Shown here: positions 60,675 to 64,000 of the stretch, piece after piece | Layout of the letters: each line of letters begins with the position of its first letter | How positions within the stretch are numbered: the stretch's first letter is position 1 | NCBI GenBank assembly: GCA_047495785.1 | Contig: JBLDXI010000038.1 | Location: 124,001 to 188,000 of the forward strand | DNA: 64,000 bases | Reading direction: 5' to 3' | From: Lepidodermella squamata | Lineage: Eukaryota > Animalia > Gastrotricha | Program-made: the position numbers and the translations under genes | The notes under the pieces: model-generated | What the model was told of the DNA's origin: nothing | Database searches by the model: none | What the model saw: the letters and a program-made list of their open reading frames with translations, nothing else

Positions 60675-63600
60675 ATGTTTAACGGTAACTTCGGAAATTT
60701 CTTCATCGGAAACGAAGACAGCGAAGATGCAAATGATGCGTCCTATAAAAATGAAGTCAGCGAGCTCATCGAAGCGGCGATGCGAAAGCGGACGTACTTT
60801 TCGAACCGCAAGTACTACGCCACGCTGCGATCGCCAGGTTGCGTACGAGAAGGATTGCTATACGACGTCGAACAGCAACTTGCTCGTTATTCGAAAGAGA
60901 GAATGCGAACAATGAATGGCCTTCTACTTCTCTGCCTGAATTTGGGAGTTGACCCTCCAGATGTGCGGAAACCACCGGACAGCTCTAAAGTATTTACCTG
61001 GATAGGTTAGCCGTCGCATGCGATTTTCTGTGTTTATTTCACTTATTTTTATTACAGATACGACTAACAAAGATGCACGTCGATCGCAAGAGTCGATCGG
61101 AAACCAGCTTCAAGGGTTGTATTCGCAAATGCAACAGCGAGCTCGTTTCCGGCTCCTCGTCGACCCGCACCCGGTCAGCGTGCAAACTTCGTGCCAAAGC
61201 GCGAGAAGAGCGGCCGGGCGGACGGAACGCGTTCTGTTCCATTACAACGGACACGGCGTGCCCTTGCCAACTCTCAACGAAGAAATATGGGTTTTCAACG
61301 AGAAAATGACGAAATACATGCCGTTGGCCCTGAGAGACCTCCAGCAATGGCTGGGCCATCCGACGCTATACGTTTTCGACGGCAACTGCTCCGGCCTTGT
61401 CCTCAGCTCTTTCTACCACCAGTGGCTGAAAGACCCGACGACTGGCCTGGTGCTACCCGACGATTTGAAAGACCCCACTAAACTGGCATCGGCCGAGTAT
61501 CGGAAACCATTGTCAGACCTTGTTTCCGAATGCGTTGTTCTATGCGCGTGTGGCCATGACGAACTGCTACCGATGGATTCCCGTCTTCCAACCGATTTAT
61601 TCACGTGTTGCCTGGTGACACCGATCAAAGCATCGCTGCTGTGGTACGCTCTTCGAACTGAATCGAACCGCCTATTACCGGCACAGTTCGAATTGAACCC
61701 GAGTGAAGTCGTGAAAGATGACTTTATACCCGGTCTTGTTACCGAACGCCGAACCCCGTTCGGTGAGTTGCACTGGGTGTTGACAGCTATAACAGACACC
61801 ATAGCGTGGGACTCGCTGCCTCGAGGTTTATTCCACGGCCTATTCCGCCATGATTTAGTTCTCTCTGCGTTGTTGCGTCATTTTTTGGTAGCCGAGCGTA
61901 TTTTACACAAATTTGACTGCCACCCTCGAACCTTCCCACCCCTGCCTCGAATGCACAACCATCCGCTGTGGGAGGTGTGGGACTACGCACTCGATGCCTG
62001 TGTTCAGCAACTACCCGCTGTCAAGGCCGGCCAGCCATACAAACCACTCACGTTCTTCTTAGACAGCTTGAACGCGTTCGAGCATTGGCTCAGGTGCCAC
62101 AATGGCGAGCCAGCTTTTGCCCTCCAATTGCCGATTTTGCTACAAGTCATGTTGGTGCAGGCTCATCGCGAACGCGCCCTTCAATTGTTGTGTGAATTTG
62201 TTGACCTTGGCACATGGGCCGTGTGCCAAGCAATCACCGTCGGCCTGTTGCCATACATCCACCGGTTGGTGACTAACAACGAAGTAACACTAGCTGATCG
62301 ACTCGTTTTTGTATGGGCGAAAATTGTTTCCATCGACAAGTCATCTCAAATGGAGCTTATCAAATGCCAAACTTTCAAGTATTTTGGAGCGGTACGTTTT
62401 ATTAGTTTTAAGATGGATTCATTTTATCGATTTTTTTCTGTAAATAGCTGCTCAGTCCCGATGTTGCTGTTTCTGGCCTTCCATCGGCGCCTTCAACTCG
62501 CGCTCTTGCCGCCTTTGTCCTAACTGCCGTCATGGTTCGATTCGCCAAGTTGCAATGCGAACTCAGCACTTCAAACCAGTCTCCGGGACCCAATGGGGAT
62601 AGCGCAGCTGAAAATGCGCCGCCTGCTGCCGCTGCTGCAGCGTCATCGTCAACCGGCCATTCTTCAACGGCGAAGGCTGATACTCGGGGCTTGCTGACCA
62701 ACACCATGCTACAAGCCGCTGAACAAGGTTTTGTCTGTTTCGAACAAGACGCTGATTTGAGGCAGTGGTTATGCCTCTGCCTATCAGCCTTGTGGCAGTC
62801 TGATGACGAGGCGAAAGAGGCGGGCAGACGGCGCTTCCTATGTGACACTATGCTGATGGGCCACAATCCGACGAAACATCGACCGGCTGTTCGAGCAGCT
62901 TTGGTCCGGGCCCTAGCCGCGTATCTATCCCCCTCAGCAGCGACGACTCCAATGGCGAGGACGGCGCTAGATTCAATGCGCCAGCTTGCTATTTCGATGA
63001 ATAAATTCCTGGGCGATTCAAGCCCATTGGTGCGGCTTGAATTGGTAGCGTCGCTTGCTTCAGTCGCTCAGCAATTCGAGTTTTTCGTAAAATCGAAAGA
63101 ACAGTCCGACCAGCCTGGTGGCATGGCGAAACGAGGCTCGACTGTCAATTTGCTGTCATCGGCTTCTCATAGCAACCTGCAGAACTTGGCAACGTCTCCG
63201 CCACAACGTTCAAGCCTGCTACCAGGTATGATGACTCAACAAAGCCAACCGGGCGGGGCGGTGTCGCATTTTGATGCGTTTTGCGCAACAATGATGCGTT
63301 ACATCTCTTTCCTGGCGAGTGATCCACACCCTGAGGTGCATACAGCCGCGAATCATCTGCTGAAAATCATCGAAATGAAGCAAAGCGACCCGCAGGTTAG
63401 CTACATTTTGTGTACAAAATTATTCCTATCTCGATTTATTCAGGCCATGGTACAAGCTCGTACGCTGCGATACCAGTTTGCGAGGCGCGACTCGAATTCT
63501 CTGGCTGATGACCAGCAAGAACCGCCCGGGGGTGGTGGTCTGGTTATGAGCCCGCCAGAACAGCGGACGACAATAGGCCAGTTGGCTACCGACACGAACC

Positions 63601-64000
63601 GCCCGCTGTTCGAAACAGGTCTGCTCGACCAGGCGTTCTCGCAGATTCAGCAACCCCTCATGTCGAATAAGACCGACGAGCAAATGTTGGCGGCTGCCGA
63701 AATAAATCAGAGGCGGAGGCGTAATTTTTCGTCTTTCGGCGGCGGCGAGTTGACATTTCGCAGTGGTGTATCTGTCGTTCAGCAGTACACGGCCAATGTG
63801 AGTCGGTATACGCGAGACCAGCTGATTTCGCATATAGCGCTGCATCCTAATTTGGACCTGATGATCGCTGCAACTGCGGAATCGGTTATTCTGATCGATC
63901 TTCTGAATTCGAATGTCGTATCATCGATAAATTTGATCACGTCAGCTCAGAAGGCGCAGTTCAGGGCCGGGGCCCCGTCGGCCTCTCCGGTTGTGCATAC
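60675..64000 (+). CDS. RPTOR: Regulatory-associated protein of mTOR (Raptor), 3'-truncated by the window
   Basis: KERMRT..LLLCLNLGVDPPDV, ERVLFHYNGHGVP, LPTDLFTCCLVTPIK, TPFGELHWVLTAITDTIAW, HEAT-region LRQWLCLCL, DSSPLVRLE, DPHPEV. The frame stays open to the window end. Confidence 0.95.

Noticed and set aside
15202-63443. Several stop-free introns with lengths divisible by 3 (claudin 54/45/60 nt, RRS1 54, MRRF 51, Raptor 48) as a special retention system
   Set aside because: About six among roughly 50 short introns is close to chance expectation. They mainly explain ORF-track read-through.

Overview
Gene-dense genomic DNA from an invertebrate animal, with mostly 45-60 nt GT-AG introns and the standard genetic code; the taxon cannot be fixed from sequence alone. 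From left to right it holds an orphan multi-exon gene, a SOL/calpain-15-type protease whose N-terminus looks like a mariner-transposase HTH, two intronless RING-CH (MARCH-type) ligases separated by a Tc1/mariner MITE, a GPI-type alpha carbonic anhydrase and two CPVL-type serine carboxypeptidases. A ~17 kb array follows (9.9-27.2 kb) of 11 secreted/GPI-anchored Ly6/Quiver-like Cys-rich genes with a shared non-canonical cysteine signature, plus a Cys-free Thr/Ala mucin-like derivative and an embedded claudin-like gene. Next come an orphan gene and a tightly packed minus-strand run FAM32A>BMS1>RAD50; RAD50 has a 2.8 kb intron holding a decayed antisense gene and a Sola-like transposase relic. The window ends with an SLC16/MCT transporter, ~5 kb of non-coding DNA, and a tightly packed plus-strand run XPR1>coilin>RRS1>MRRF>Raptor, with Raptor truncated by the window end. 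The top candidates for novelty are (1) the variant three-finger-fold gene array, (2) putative SL-trans-spliced operons of growth and ribosome-biogenesis genes, and (3) the mariner-HTH/calpain fusion. Exon structures were inferred by eye, and no database search was run.
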